Notes under the pieces: generated by a model
What the model was told of the DNA's origin: nothing
The model's database searches: none
The model's input: the letters and a program-made list of their open reading frames with translations, nothing else
From: Azolla caroliniana
Lineage: Eukaryota; Plantae; Polypodiophyta
Assembly (NCBI GenBank): GCA_043228905.1
Contig: JBHGNT010000004.1
Location: 12,958,001 to 13,022,000 of the forward strand
Direction of reading: 5' to 3'
Length of the DNA stretch: 64,000 bases
Translations under genes and position numbers: made by a program
Shown here: piece by piece, positions 1 to 13,200 of the stretch
How the letters are laid out: each line of letters begins with the position of its first letter
How positions within the stretch are numbered: the stretch's first letter is position 1

Positions 1-1074
1 CTTACACATACATTGGATATATACATGCATATTACATACATATTACAAACATACATCCATATACGAGCCATATACATATGTACTAAACATGAAAATATCC
101 CAAAAATATAGATACATAAATACATTACATATATACACGTACATACATTCATACATTTACATATATATGACCACATACACACACATACATACATACATAC
201 ATTAGATATATATGCACATATTACAAACATATTCATACTCATTAAATCATGTATATCAACATATACATATATGCATACACATACATACATTACATATGTA
301 CATACATATTCCACATATCACCATATATATATGTACATATGCCTACAATGTTTAAAGTTTTACAAACATACATCCATACACATATATACATACATTACAT
401 GCATGCATACACATACATACATGTATACTTACACATACATAAATATTATGAACACACCCATGTATGCATAGTACACTATTACACATACAAACATACATGC
501 ATTGCATATTACATATATATACATATGTACATGCATACATGTACATTCATGTGTGTACATACATACATTGCATATGCATATATTACAATCACATTCATAT
601 ACATTGAATCATGTACATTGTCATATATATGCATACACGTATGTACATTCATACATGGACATACCTATATTCATTTATATATTGCTACAGTCTACATATA
701 CATAAATTAGATATATACATAAATATTACAATCACACATCCATACACATTGAATCATGTACATTGTCATATGGATATATGCATACACATACATACATACG
801 TACATTAAATATGGATATATGCATACACATATGTACATTCGTATATGGACATACATATCTTCATTTATACATTGCTACACATACATACACATATATACAT
901 TAGATATCTACATAGATATTATGCATATATTACAATCACACATCAATACACATTGAATCATGTACATTTGCATATGCATATATGCATACACATATATACA
1001 TTCGTACATGGACATACATATAGTCTTTTATACATTGCTACATGTACATACACATACATACATACATACATACA

Positions 1075-1107
<33 letters not shown>

Positions 1108-1527
1108 TAGATATACACACACATACGTATATATATATACACCTACATATAGTCTTCTATACATACACATACATTACATATGGATATATGCAAACACATA
1201 TGTACATTCGTACATGGACATACATATATTCATTTATACATTGCTACATATACATACACATATATATACATAGATATTATGCACATATTACAATCACACA
1301 TCTATACACATTGAATCATGTACATTTGCATATGCATATATGCATACACATACATACAATCTTTTATACATTGCTACATGTACATACACATACATACATA
1401 TTACAAACAAATATCCACACACACACACACACACACACAAATATACATACATTACATATTACATATGTACATTCATTCATTCATGTTTATTCATTGAAGC
1501 ATACATATTTTATGCATACATTACATA

Positions 1528-1563
<36 letters not shown>

Positions 1564-1949
1564 TATTCATTCATTCATGCATGCATGCATGCATACATTA
1601 TGTGCACATACATAAATAACATACATTCATACTAAACATACATTCAAACATTCATGTTTTTTAATTTAGATATTTGCGGCCTCCTCCTTTGCTCCCTCCT
1701 CTTCTCTGCTCATTTCTGCGATTGCTTATTCTCCCCTTCTTTTTGTCCTCGTTTTGCCGCCGCCTCTGTTCTCATTTTGCCGCCGCCGCCACCGCTCGCC
1801 TTGTCGTGCCGCTTTTGCTCACCATTATTCTCTGTTGGGGCTGCCACAACTATTCTACAAATATTTTACAGGTACACATAAGTACAAACATAAACCAACA
1901 CATAAATTCTTAGCCACACACACACACGTACATACATACATACATACAT

Positions 1950-1991
<42 letters not shown>

Positions 1992-2261
1992 GCCATACAT
2001 ACAATAAACGAAATTAATACATTACAATACAATATGTACATATATACACACATACATACATACACATGGAATACAAACAATACATACATAAACACACACA
2101 CACACACATGTGTAGAATATACATACACACATGTACACACATATATATTGTATGGAACATACATACACACATACCTATATACACATATATACACTTACAT
2201 ACATACACATTTACACATATAACACATACATACAATACAATATGTGCACACATACATACAT

Positions 2262-2298
<37 letters not shown>

Positions 2299-2365
2299 TA
2301 GAATATACATACACATATGGACACATATATATGTTGTATGGAACATACATACACACACACAAACA
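1..2365. repeat. Compound TACA/CA/TA microsatellite field with higher-order repeat units
   Basis: (TACA)n and (CA)n runs. ACATTGAATCATGTACATT recurs near 601, 747, 950 and 1307. A roughly 60-bp unit repeats near 2110 and 2297. The H/T/Y/I-rich ORFs here are artefacts. Confidence 0.95.
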
Positions 2366-2366
2366 T

Positions 2367-3090
2367 ATTGTTGAGGATGAGACTGTGATTAAGCGGAATG
2401 TTAAGTGGGATAGCTCAAATGAATTACTTTTGGGTTTTTGTGGGTTGAAGTCATCCAATCATCAATGTGTCTCATCATGTATGATAAAGGTGGGTGACTC
2501 TAATGCTGATTATGAAACCATTGTTAGCTCCTTTAAAGACTATGTGGTTGGACACTATGCTAGGGTGTTAATTGCGAATCCTCTTCACCCTAAACTTCCA
2601 CGATTAGTATTGGTTGTACAATGTACATGTAATTGCTTTGATGCAGATTTTGTAAAATGCCAATGGAATGAAGTGGAAACTTTATGGGAAAAACACCTCT
2701 CCACAAGTATTGGGCCAATTGTTGGACATGTATTTGATGGAGATAGTAGGAGAAGAAAGAGTATGCTTCAAGTTTACTTAACCCCAAGCATATGCTTAAG
2801 ATATAAATTGCCTTGGGATGGTTGGATCTTCACAGGTCAAATGCATAATGATATGGTAAGTTGTCTTCATGATCAAGATTTCATCCATAATGGAAAGAAA
2901 CTTGTGAATGCACTAGATAATCCCTCAAGACAATTAGTAATTGGGGATGTATGGATCACATTGAATCATGTGTCTTTGGTATATAATAACTTCTCTATTG
3001 ATGCACATGGCTTAAGGGAATGTGATATTACGAGAGAAGATAGGCAAAATTGGGCTAGAGCTCAAAGAATTGCAAGTAGAAATGTAGAAA
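2367..3090 (+). pseudogene. Truncated P-element-superfamily-like DDE transposase fragment
   Basis: The non-repetitive part of ORF 2244..3218 has EDET, FDGDSRR, DFIHNGKKLVN (DxxH..K..N) and DRQNWARAQ in the order expected for P/THAP9-type transposases. The N-terminus and final catalytic Glu region are missing. Confidence 0.6.
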
Positions 3091-4073
3091 CCAAATATAA
3101 ACCTACGGTATTCCAAATATATTTTCTGATTTCTTTACTTCCATGTATATTAAGATTTCTTGCTTTTGTTGTTACATTTTATGATATAGGTCCAATGTTG
3201 AAGATGGAAACGACATGAAATTTACAGCCTAAAATGAACTTCTTAGGGTTTTCTTTTTATATACTCAGTCTTTATAAGGGTAACCTTTATTGCAATAAGT
3301 TTTTTAAGTAGATATTGCAATAACAAAATGATTTATTTTATTTCAATTTGATTTGGGTAAGAGTATGTGAATAGATGATGTCTTACATTTCAAATGGAAA
3401 TATGAAGTAGGTTGCCATTTGTTTGATCCATGTGTTTGAGAAAAAATAATATTATGTCTTTATATGAGTCTATATCCATGAAATCAAACATAATGTTAAT
3501 TTCTTAGTAATTTCATTATTGATATGCATTTTGGATTGTTCCATATGTGCTCTTTGAGATGTATGTGTTAAGTTCAAGATTGTTTTATTGTAAATTACAT
3601 TGTTTTTTATCACTCAATGTTCTTCATACGTCTCAATAAACTAAAAACAAAAACTTATATGTGGCTTGTATATGTTATACTTGTAGTGTTTTTGGGTAAT
3701 GTTTCATAATTGTGTGTACATTACTTTGTACTTTACACATTGTGTTTTCAATCTATGTGGCACTTAATGAAGCATTTCTAGGAATTTGCATATGATGTTT
3801 AATGTCGATTCATAATTTTGCGAGTCATCAATTATAAAGATGGTCATTGATCCCTTCTAGGATCGCAACCTATGTGTGCATGTATATTTTATATGTAAGG
3901 GTATTTAAAATGGGTGGTTATCAAAAAATATATTGGTAATAAGGGGTATTTTTATTAATCTTTTTTCTACATAAGGGTTACTAAAATAGTAAAAACCATA
4001 CGTATAAGGGGTTTATAAATGATGTCATGAACGCACGTGATACAACCTTCTTATGTATAGTGGAGTCCCCGGG

Positions 4074-4546
4074 TCTCACACACTCTCTCACCCTCACAGT
4101 TACAGAGGCCACACCCTTCTTTGTATCTTTTCAACTCAGACATTCATCATGATTGCCCTAGGTGTATATATACTAGTATACAGTATGGGTTACTTACAAC
4201 TATGGCCCACTAAGGGCATATTTAGACTATTTATACATATAGTCCCTCAACTCAGCTATACACTCGACTATCGGCCTCGGCCGAATTACTCCCAACTTGG
4301 CTCTTCTCTTCCCATCCAGAGGGACTTGTTTCCCAACAAACTCCCCCTTCACTTTGGCATGGGTTACTCACAACACTTTCGTCAGCATGTCCGATCCATT
4401 CTCGGCCGTGTGGATCTTCATTAGAGAAAACTCCTTTTCTTCTACTCGCTCTCGGATGTGTTGCGCATAGCGGATCCAAGGAATATGCATGGCTAATATT
4501 TCGGATCCAACTTTGCTCTCTTGTCCTTTGCAACATGCACATAAGC
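4074..4546 (-). mobile_element. Copia remnant A, 3' part: integrase/RNase H fragments, polypurine tract (PPT) and partial 3' LTR (4074-4338)
   Basis: AYVHVAKDKRAKLDPK.PCIFLG is fused to HIRERVEEKEFSLMKIHTAENGSDMLTKV, so RT is deleted. PPT AGTGAAGGGGGAGTT precedes TGTTGGG at 4338. The LTR matches 58555-58679. Confidence 0.85.
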
Positions 4547-4587
4547 TGTCAAGACTTGAGAATAGGAGAGAGAAAGGTAAGATGACA

Positions 4588-4640
<53 letters not shown>

Positions 4641-5000
4641 ACACTAGAAATGGAAAGAGAGTTTATATTATAAGAGAGCAAGGATTACAAAGAGTAGGCT
4701 AAGGGGCTCTACAAACTGGTGTTGAACCGAATGAGTTGTAATGAATGAATAGCCACCTATTTATAGGTCCTTATGGAGTATTCTAGAATGTTCTAGGATA
4801 TTTTAGATATTTATGATATTTAATATAATCATGGAATATCCTAGAATGTTCTAGAATACTCTAAATATCTTAATAACTAATAATACATTTATTATAACTA
4901 TAGATCATATATGTTATTATAATGGTTAAAGGTCTAACATATAGACCAAGACATCTTGGGCTCGAATCTTTGTAAGGCCAAAATGTATGTCTTCATGACA
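4547..5000 (-). repeat. 3' LTR of Tcn1-like copy 1, containing (GA)n
   Basis: Reads TGTCATGAAG...TTGACA on the minus strand; homologous to 14447-14839 and 55235-55673. Confidence 0.92.
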
Positions 5001-8000
5001 TTATCCCCTTTTTTCGACGACGAGTTCCACGAGTCGGAAGACAAGATTTCGGACTTGGCTTATGGGGATATTTGTTGTGAAACGCAACAACCATTTCGGA
5101 GGCATTAGCAAGATTCTCGAGAGGTTCCCATGTTCGATCATTAGGTGTATAACCTAATCACTCAACCAAATAATACAGTTTGTTGCGAACGATCTTGGAG
5201 TCGAGAATGGCAGCAACTTCATATTCGGAGCCATCCGAAACTTCGATTGGAGGTGGGGGAGATGTAAGACCGCCTGGAATAGAGTTGGTTGTGTACGGCT
5301 CCAAAAGTGAAACATGGAAGACCGGGTGAAGATGCATATGAGGCGGAAGATCAAGGCGAAATGCCACATCATTGATCTTACCAGGTATCACATATGGGGC
5401 AAAATGTTGATAATCTAATTTGTAGCAAGGTTGGGTTGTTTCAATGCGACCTTGTAAAAGCCATACTCGATCTCCCACTTGAAACGTAGTCGATGAATCA
5501 CGTCGATGACTGTCGACAACCTTCTTTTGAGTGTTTTGAGCATCACATAAATGGTGCAAAAGGATATCTTGAACTTCTTTGAGTCAGGTGAGTAGATCTT
5601 CAACAGTCGGGTTTGTCGGGAGTTTGGGATGTTCAAGCATAGTCCAACGAGGATGGTACCCAATGTTTGCAAAAAATGGGGAATATCCAGTAGAAGAATG
5701 TTCTAAGTTGTTGTAAGCAAATTCTGCGAAATGTAATAGATCAAACCAATCATCTTGTTGGTAGTTGAAAGAACAACGAAGATATTGTTCAACTGTTTGG
5801 TTGGTGCGCTCACTCTGTCCGTTAGTTTCTAGATGGTAGCCAGAAGAGAGTTTGCAAGAAGTATGAAAGAGTTTGAACATGTGCCGCCAAAATTTTGAGA
5901 TGAACTGGGGACCCCGATCATTGATAATATCATCAGGAAGACCATGATGCCAAAACACCTCTCGCATGAGTAACTCGACTATCTCTTGGCTCATAATGGC
6001 CTTTGTGCAGGGAAGAAAATGTGTCATCTTGGTAAAACGATCTACTACTGTGAGAATAGAATCAAAACCCTTGGAAGCTGGTAGATCCGTAATGAAGTCC
6101 AATGAAATAGATTTCCATGGACTCTCAGGAATAGGCATTGGTTGTAATAATCATATGGATGATGTCGAGGTTTTTTGGATCGGCAACATGTATCACAACT
6201 ATGAACATAATCCGTAACCAAATGGCGAAGTCGTGGCCACCAATACCCTTCGAGAAATTAACGCCAAAGTCTTGTGGATGCCGAAATGTCCAGCCATTGG
6301 TGTGTTATGACATTGTTGCAAGACTTGGAGTCGAGAAGGACCATTAGGCACATATAAGAGATTTTGTCGAAAACGTAAACCATCATCCCAATTGAACTAG
6401 TTGTAGTCTTGACGAGGATTTTGAGATTGTGAAGAAAAAGCACGATCTGGGATAATATGGTTCAGAATATCTTGGGTGAATTCATTAGTCTCAATATGCT
6501 CCCGAATGGAATCCAGAAGACTTGAATCCCCGGGTGTGTCTATAGCATGAAAGGCCATTTGTCGTAGATGGTGGGGACCCAAGAGGATTTGCTTCTGACT
6601 TTCAAATGCGGCCTCTCTTGGTTGAAGTTCCATATACGAAAGCTGAGATAAAGCATCTGCTTTTCCTTGTTGTGTTCCAAGGCGATATAGAATTACGAAA
6701 TCAAAACGAGTTAAGAACTGCGCCAAACGAGCTTATCGACGACTCAAGACTCGAGCACTTTGGAAGTACGTTAGATTTTTGTGATCATTATAGACAATGA
6801 TTTGTTGAGACGAACCCTCCAAAAAATGATGCCATTGTTGAAAAGAATCCACAATGGCAAGAACCTCTTTGTCGTGAATCTCATAGTTGATTTCTGTAGC
6901 TTCGAATTTCTGTGAATGAAAAGCCATTGGGTGCAGTTGGCCATCATTGCTAATCTGGGATAATACGCTTCCTAGTGCGAAGTCGGATGCATCAGCTTTG
7001 AGTATAAAGCGCTTCAATGGATCAACATGCATCAAATTTGGTGCGGATGTACATGCTTGCTTTAATCCTGAATCAAATGCAGAGTTTGCATTTATACTCC
7101 ACACAAATGGTCGATTATTCTATGTCAGTTGAGTGAGGGGCAATACGATCTTTGAATAATCTTTGATGAACTTGCGATAAAAGTTTGCAAACCCTAAAAA
7201 ACATTGTACATCTCGCACAGACTGTGGTGTTTGCCAATCCAAAACTATTTGAACCTTTGCTGGATCCATAGAGATGCCATGTGAAGAGACTATGTGCCCC
7301 AAAAATTCCACTTGACGTTGGTCGAAACTGCACTTCTCCAATTTTGCATAGAGACCATATTCTCGCAACTGTTGCAAACCTAGTCAAACGTGTATATCAT
7401 GATCCTCTTGAGTTTTTGAGTAGATCAAGATATTATCCAGGTAAATTATGACGAAAATATTGAGGAAATCTCGAAAAATGTCATTTGCCATATGTTGGAA
7501 AACTACTGGTGCATTCGTGAGACCAAATGGCATCACTGTATTCTCAAAATGGCCATAGCTAGTACGGAAAATAGTCTTCCATTCATCCCCCAGGACGATT
7601 TCGAACAAGATTGTAAGCACCTCAAAGATCTAACATTGTGAAATAATTAGCTGCACTGAGGCGTTCTAGAAGGCTCGAAATCCACGACCAGACGAAGCGA
7701 ACCATCTTTCTTCTTAACGAAAAATATGGGTGCGCCGGTAGGAGATCTAGAATGTCATATCCTTTGTTGGAGTTTTAAGAGACTCAAACTGTATTGTGAC
7801 CTCTTCAATGGTTCTTTTTCTCCAGTCAATAGTTGGGTTATGTAGGTCAAACCATGAAAGACCAAGAACTAGGGAGTGCTCTGGACTACTAATGATGTTG
7901 AATGAGATGACAGAAGCCAAATTGCTTAGGACTACACGAATTGGTTCAGACTCTTTAACTATATCACCTGATGCTATGGGGCTACTAGGCCTACTTGGGT

Positions 8001-8300
8001 TACGAGAAGGCAGGGCAAAAATTGAGATGGGATTGTCATGAGCACTTACTTAGTTAACTTGTCGTCATCGTTTATGTGGACAATTCACAACAATATGCCC
8101 TGGACCACTACAATAGCGGCATAGACGATTCGCTCGCCGTCGTTGCTTTTCAGTATCCGATAATGATCCTTGACGTCGTGTTGTCTTGATTTCCATTGGA
8201 GTAGGGATTTCCACCAAACTTGACTTTGATACTTGGGGTGGAGTTGCGACCACCAAAGCATATGTTTCTGTTGGTTGCGACTTTGATACTTGGGGTGGAC
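4547..8300 (-). mobile_element. Tcn1-like chromovirus (Ty3/Gypsy) copy 1, 5'-truncated and degenerate
   Basis: Gag zinc knuckle CRYCSGPGH...C, RT ([18 protein letters not shown]), RNase H (DASDFALG, YEIHDKE), integrase (WKSISLDFITDLP, GQSERTNQ) and chromodomain (EYEVAAILDSK...WEP). PPT at 5001-5014; 3' LTR at 4547-5000. Confidence 0.92.
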
Positions 8301-8855
8301 AATTGTTTTCCTTCTGGCCCGGGGTTGCCCAAGGTGACAACTAGTGTCTCCCAACTATCTAGGAGGGAACCGAGCAAGATCAACGCGACTACCTCGTCGG
8401 CTAGAGGTACTTTCAACGAGGTTGTTTGGTTTATTAGGCCCTGGAATGCATTCATGTGCTCGGCCATGGTGGACCCATCTTGGTATTGGAGCCTCACTAA
8501 CTTCTGAAATACCAAAACCCAATTTACAATGTTCTTGCTCTCCAGCATGGTGCCGATTTTCTCCCACAACACATGAGCCTTACTCTCTTCATTAAATTTG
8601 TTGTATAGGCTCATGTTGATGAAGCATCTAATGTATGTCGTTGTCTTCATATGCATCACCTGCCACATCGTGGCATCGATATTGTCTGGTTTCTTGTCCC
8701 CGAACTTTACCAAAAGCCAAAGATCTTTGACCACGAGCACGTCCCTCATCTTCGACTTCCATACTCAGTAATTAGAGCCGGTGAGCTTGAACATGCTTCT
8801 GAATGACTCTTCCATTTTTCCTCAAGGTTTAGAACCTTCGCTCGGATACCAATTT
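8300..8855 (-). mobile_element. Copia remnant A, 5' part: tRNA-iMet primer-binding site (PBS) and gag N-terminus
   Basis: TGGTATCCGAGC at 8851-8840. Gag ...FQGLINQTTSLKVPLADEVVALILLGSLLDSWETLVVTL is homologous to 57738-58130. Confidence 0.85.
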
Positions 8856-9000
8856 GTTCTTCATCCGAATTCGATTTGGGGTCTTCTCCGGTTCCGGTGT
8901 TCAAATCTTCTCCTTCTTCGATCAGTTCGGTTTCTTGTCTAAATCCGGTCGGTCCTTCGAGTGTCATCCGGCTTCCGGCTAGATGGGTGTATCTTTTGAA
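8856..9000 (-). mobile_element. Orphan Copia integrase-RT linker fragment
   Basis: LAGSRMTLEGPTGFRQETELIEEGEDLNTGTGEDPKSNSDEEQ aligns by eye with linkers at about 11940-12145 and 25530-25650. Confidence 0.7.
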
Positions 9001-9500
9001 GGTTGGGAATTTGGTCCCTCCGAATGGGATCTGGACTGGACGGATACAGAAGGTATCCATCCGGCTGGATCCGGTGTGAATCGGATCTAGGGACATATCT
9101 GTAAATATGTTTCTAGTGTGCTTGTCATGGCTATATTTGTAAATACTTCCTAAAGTCATATAAGTATAAATATAACTTAGGGCAATTGTATGAGTTGTTG
9201 TTGTCATTCTTGTTATAGAGAGACAAAGAGAGAGCATGAGATAGAGAGAGCGCGTGAGATGTAGAATGTTTTTCTATTGTAACCATCGGTTGGCGAAGAC
9301 ATAGGGCTTGAGGTCGTTGCCTTTGAGTCTCACATTGTATCCTCCTCTTATAGTGATAGTTGGAGTCTATGGGCTCTCGTGGTTTTTTCCCTATTAGGAT
9401 TTTCCACGTCAACATCTTGTGTCTATCTTATGTCTATTTTCTGTAGTCTTCCATTGAGTGTTTAAGACTCAGTTGTCACCAAGCACCATTTCTGCACACT
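9001..9500 (+). repeat. Solo Copia LTR (related to copies C/D)
   Basis: GTTGGGAA...GGACATAT.TGTAAATATG...CTTAGGGCAA...TAGTGATAGTTGGAGT...GTGGTTTTT is homologous to 13726-14259. No matching TSD. Confidence 0.85.
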
Positions 9501-10261
9501 ACGTAAGTCATCACGTACCTGGACGTGGATCGGCTGGTATCTGCATCAGCCAACATGTCCTAATCCATGTAACCTTCCAATGTGGGGTTACTAGAGCAGA
9601 ATCAGAGATGTACACTCGAGGTGCCTCTTAGGTACCTCAATATCCACTTGACCGCTCCCCAATGCTCTCTTTCGGGAATGCTCATATATCGGCTGACCAT
9701 GCCGACTGTATATCTAATGTATACCATGGCGTACATTAGGCTTCTGACTACTGAAGCATAATGGACTCTTGACATCTCGACCTTCTCGATTGGCTTGCAG
9801 TTCAATTGGCAGTGTCGTGCCGACCGGTTTCGCAATTTCCATGTTGAATATCTGGAGCACCTTTGTCACGTACTTTTCTTGTCACTACCATACTAACCTC
9901 TTTCTCCGATCACGAATAATGTGCATTCCTAGGATTTGTTTTGTCAGACCCATATCTTTCATCGAGAAGGACTTACTCAAAGCCTTCTTCAAACTTCCAA
10001 TTTTTCTTGGGTTCCATCCGACAATCAACATGTCATCCACATACAATAGGAGGATGAGAAAATCACCTCCATCGTACTTCTTGACAAAGACGCAATGATC
10101 AGCTTGTGTCTTGCCGAAACCATGATCTACCAGGAAGGATTCGAATTTTCTGTACCATTGCCGAGGTGCCAGCTTCAGCCCATACAAGCTCATCCTCAAT
10201 CAGCATACCAAGTTCTCATTACCCTTCTCCACGAATCCTTCTAGTTGGTGCATCTATATGT

Positions 10262-13200
10262 TGTTGGGAAATCGGTCCCTGCGGATGGGATCCGGTTATG
10301 AATGAAGAGCTCCAGAAACCGGATCGGATGGACCCGGTGAGCCGGAAGTGAAGACATATTTGTAAATATGTTTTGAGTAAGCCTATCCCTAAGTTCATAT
10401 AAGTATAAATATGACTTAGGGCAATCACTTTTAGTAGTTGTGTATAATTTTTGTATAGAGAGAGAGAGATACAGAGTAATACTCTGTTGTAATCGCCACT
10501 TGGTTCAGACTGGAGAGGCCCGGATCGGAAGGGAACGTCGACAATCACGACAAGTGAAGAAGAACTGATGCTCATTACCGAGGAGAATGAGTTAAACCTT
10601 GTCGGTGAGGAGACAACATGGGTTGTGGATTCCGGAGCGTCATTCCACCTGACACCGGACCAGAGATGCTTCTCATCCTACACATCCAGAGATCATGGTT
10701 GTGTCTAGATGGGGAATGAAGGTACATGCCGAATTGTCGGCATAAGAGACGTGTTGTTGACGAAATCAACTGGATGCAAGTTGATGTTGAAGGATGTCTG
10801 ACATGTTCTAGAGGTTCGCATGAACCTGATATCAGCTGGTCGGCTAGATGATGAAGGCTACACGGGTAGCATTCGGAATAGAGTTATGAAGTTCAGCAAA
10901 GGGATCCTAATAGTGGCTCGAGCCTAGAAGATCAACACATTGTAATTGATGTATGCTTGGATATTACGGGAAGAAGTGAACGTAACATTCAACACTGTCG
11001 GTGAGTTGTGGCACAAGAGACTGTGTCATATGAACCAAAAGGGGATGAAGAGACTTCCCGAGACAATCTCATTCCGGTGAAGGAAGTGTACTCAGTGCTT
11101 GGCCAGCAAGCAAAACCAGACCTCCTTCTAGTCAAGACCACCGATGAGACGGAATGCACCACTGGAGGTGGTGCATACCGGTGTGTGTCAAGTGGACACG
11201 AAGTCATATGCCGGATCACAGTACTTCGTGACGTTCATAGATGACTACAATCGGAAGCTGTGGGTCTCACCACTGAAGATGAAGGAGCAAGTGTTATCCG
11301 TCTTCAAGGAACTCCACGCGAGAGTGGAAAGAGAAACCGGTTGGAAGCTGAAGGCGGTTTGAGCAGATAATGAGGAGAATACTGGGGTGGGGGCAATTCG
11401 AGGAGTACTGCCGGTCAAAGGGAATCCGGCTCGAATTTACCATGCCAAAGACGTCGAAACAAAACGGACTAGCCGAAAGGATGAACCGGACCATAATGGA
11501 GAGAGTCCGGAGAATGCTTGCACATGCCAAGTTACCCAAGACGTTTTGGGTTGAGGCATTGACGACGGCGACCTATGTGATAACTAGATCACCCTTAGTA
11601 CCCTTGGACGGAGACACACCGCAAAGAGTATGGACCGGTAAGGACGTGTCCTACCGACATCTAAAGGTATTCGGATGTCTCAATGATGTGCATGTGGCGA
11701 ACGACAAGAGAGAAAAGCTAGATCCGAAGTCCCGACCATGCATATTCCTTGGATATGGTGATGACGAGTTCGGTTACCGGATGTGGGATCTGGTCAGCTA
11801 GAAGGTGTTCCGAAGCCGGTACATAGTCTTCATGGAAGATAGGACCATTGCCGACTGGGACTCGGAGAAGAAGATGATGAACTCCAGATCATCCAATGAA
11901 AACCGGCTTGAGGACACAAGGATATACCCGGTTGAAAACCGGACGTTAGCCGGTAACCAGATGACACTCAACGAACTGACCAGATATGGACAAGAAACCG
12001 TACCGACCGAAGAAGAAGAAGAAGAAGAAGAAGAAGAAGAAGAAGAAGAAGAAGAAGAAGAAGAAAAAGAAGAAGAAGAAGAAGAAGAAGAAGAAGACAC
12101 TGGAACCGGAAAAGATCTCGAATCAGATTCGGATTCGGAACAAACGGAGGAACCGGTAGTCAGAAACCAAGGACAGAGATACCCTCTCTGAGAGAGAAGA
12201 GGCCCCCGGAGATTTCCAGATGCAGAGCATGTGTTGCCAACCGATGAGGGGGAGCTGGAAAGATTCGAAGAAGCAAAGAAAGACACCCACAACAGTAAGT
12301 GATTGAGTGCCATGCAGGATGAGATACAAAGCCCGGACCGTGGTGAAGGGGTTCCAACAAAAGAAAGGAGTGGATTTTGATGAGATCTTTGCCCCGGTAG
12401 TAAAGATGACATCCATCCGGATGGTATTGGGCATATCGGCAAGCATGGACCTCGAGGTAGAGCAACTGGACGTCAAGAAGACATTCCTACATGGCGACCT
12501 CAAAAAAGAAATCTACATGCAGTGACTGGAAGGATTTGAGAAGAAAGGGAAGGAGCACTTGGTGTACTGGCTGACAAAGAACCTATATGGACTAAAGCAA
12601 GCTCCCCGGTAATGGTACCAGAAGTTCTACTCCTTCATGACCGACCAGGGGTACCACAAAATGCAAGCTGATCACTACGTGTTTGTGAAGAAATTTGACA
12701 GAGGAGATTTCCTGATACTCCTTCTATATGTGGATGATATGTTGATCGTCGGATAAGACCAAGTCAAGATACGGATGTTGAAGAAGGCTCTGAACCAAAC
12801 TTTCTCAATGAAAGACTTGGGGCTGGCAAGATAGATATTGGGAATGCACATCATCCAGGACCGGTCGAAGAAGTTGTTCTGGTTGTCATAGGAAAAGTAC
12901 ATGACAAAGGTAATCCAAAGGTAATCCAAAGGTTCAACATATCGGAGGCGAAACCGGTCGGATCGACACTTCCAGCAAATTGCAAGCTGTCTGGAAAGCA
13001 GAGCCCAAAGACAAAGGCAGAGAAGTCGGATATGATGAAAAGACCATATGCCTCTGCTATCGGAAGCTTAATGTACGCAATGGTGTGCACCCGACCGGAT
13101 ATCGGATATGCAATCGGAGTGGTGAGCCGGTTCTTGACCAATCCCGGAAAAGAGCACTGGAACGCGGTCAAGTGGATACTTTGGTATCTGAAACACACCT

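Noticed and set aside
249-2358. Many overlapping H/T/Y/I- and C/V/M/Y-rich ORFs
   Set aside because: They are translations of TACA/CA microsatellite, which lacks stop codons.
2957-2971. CACATTGAATCATGT shared between the transposase ORF and the upstream repeat anchor
   Set aside because: A single 15-nt AT-rich match with no extension; chance cannot be excluded.
3895-4015. Possible Mutator-like terminal inverted repeat (AAGGGGTA motifs)
   Set aside because: No partner repeat or TSD was found in the window.
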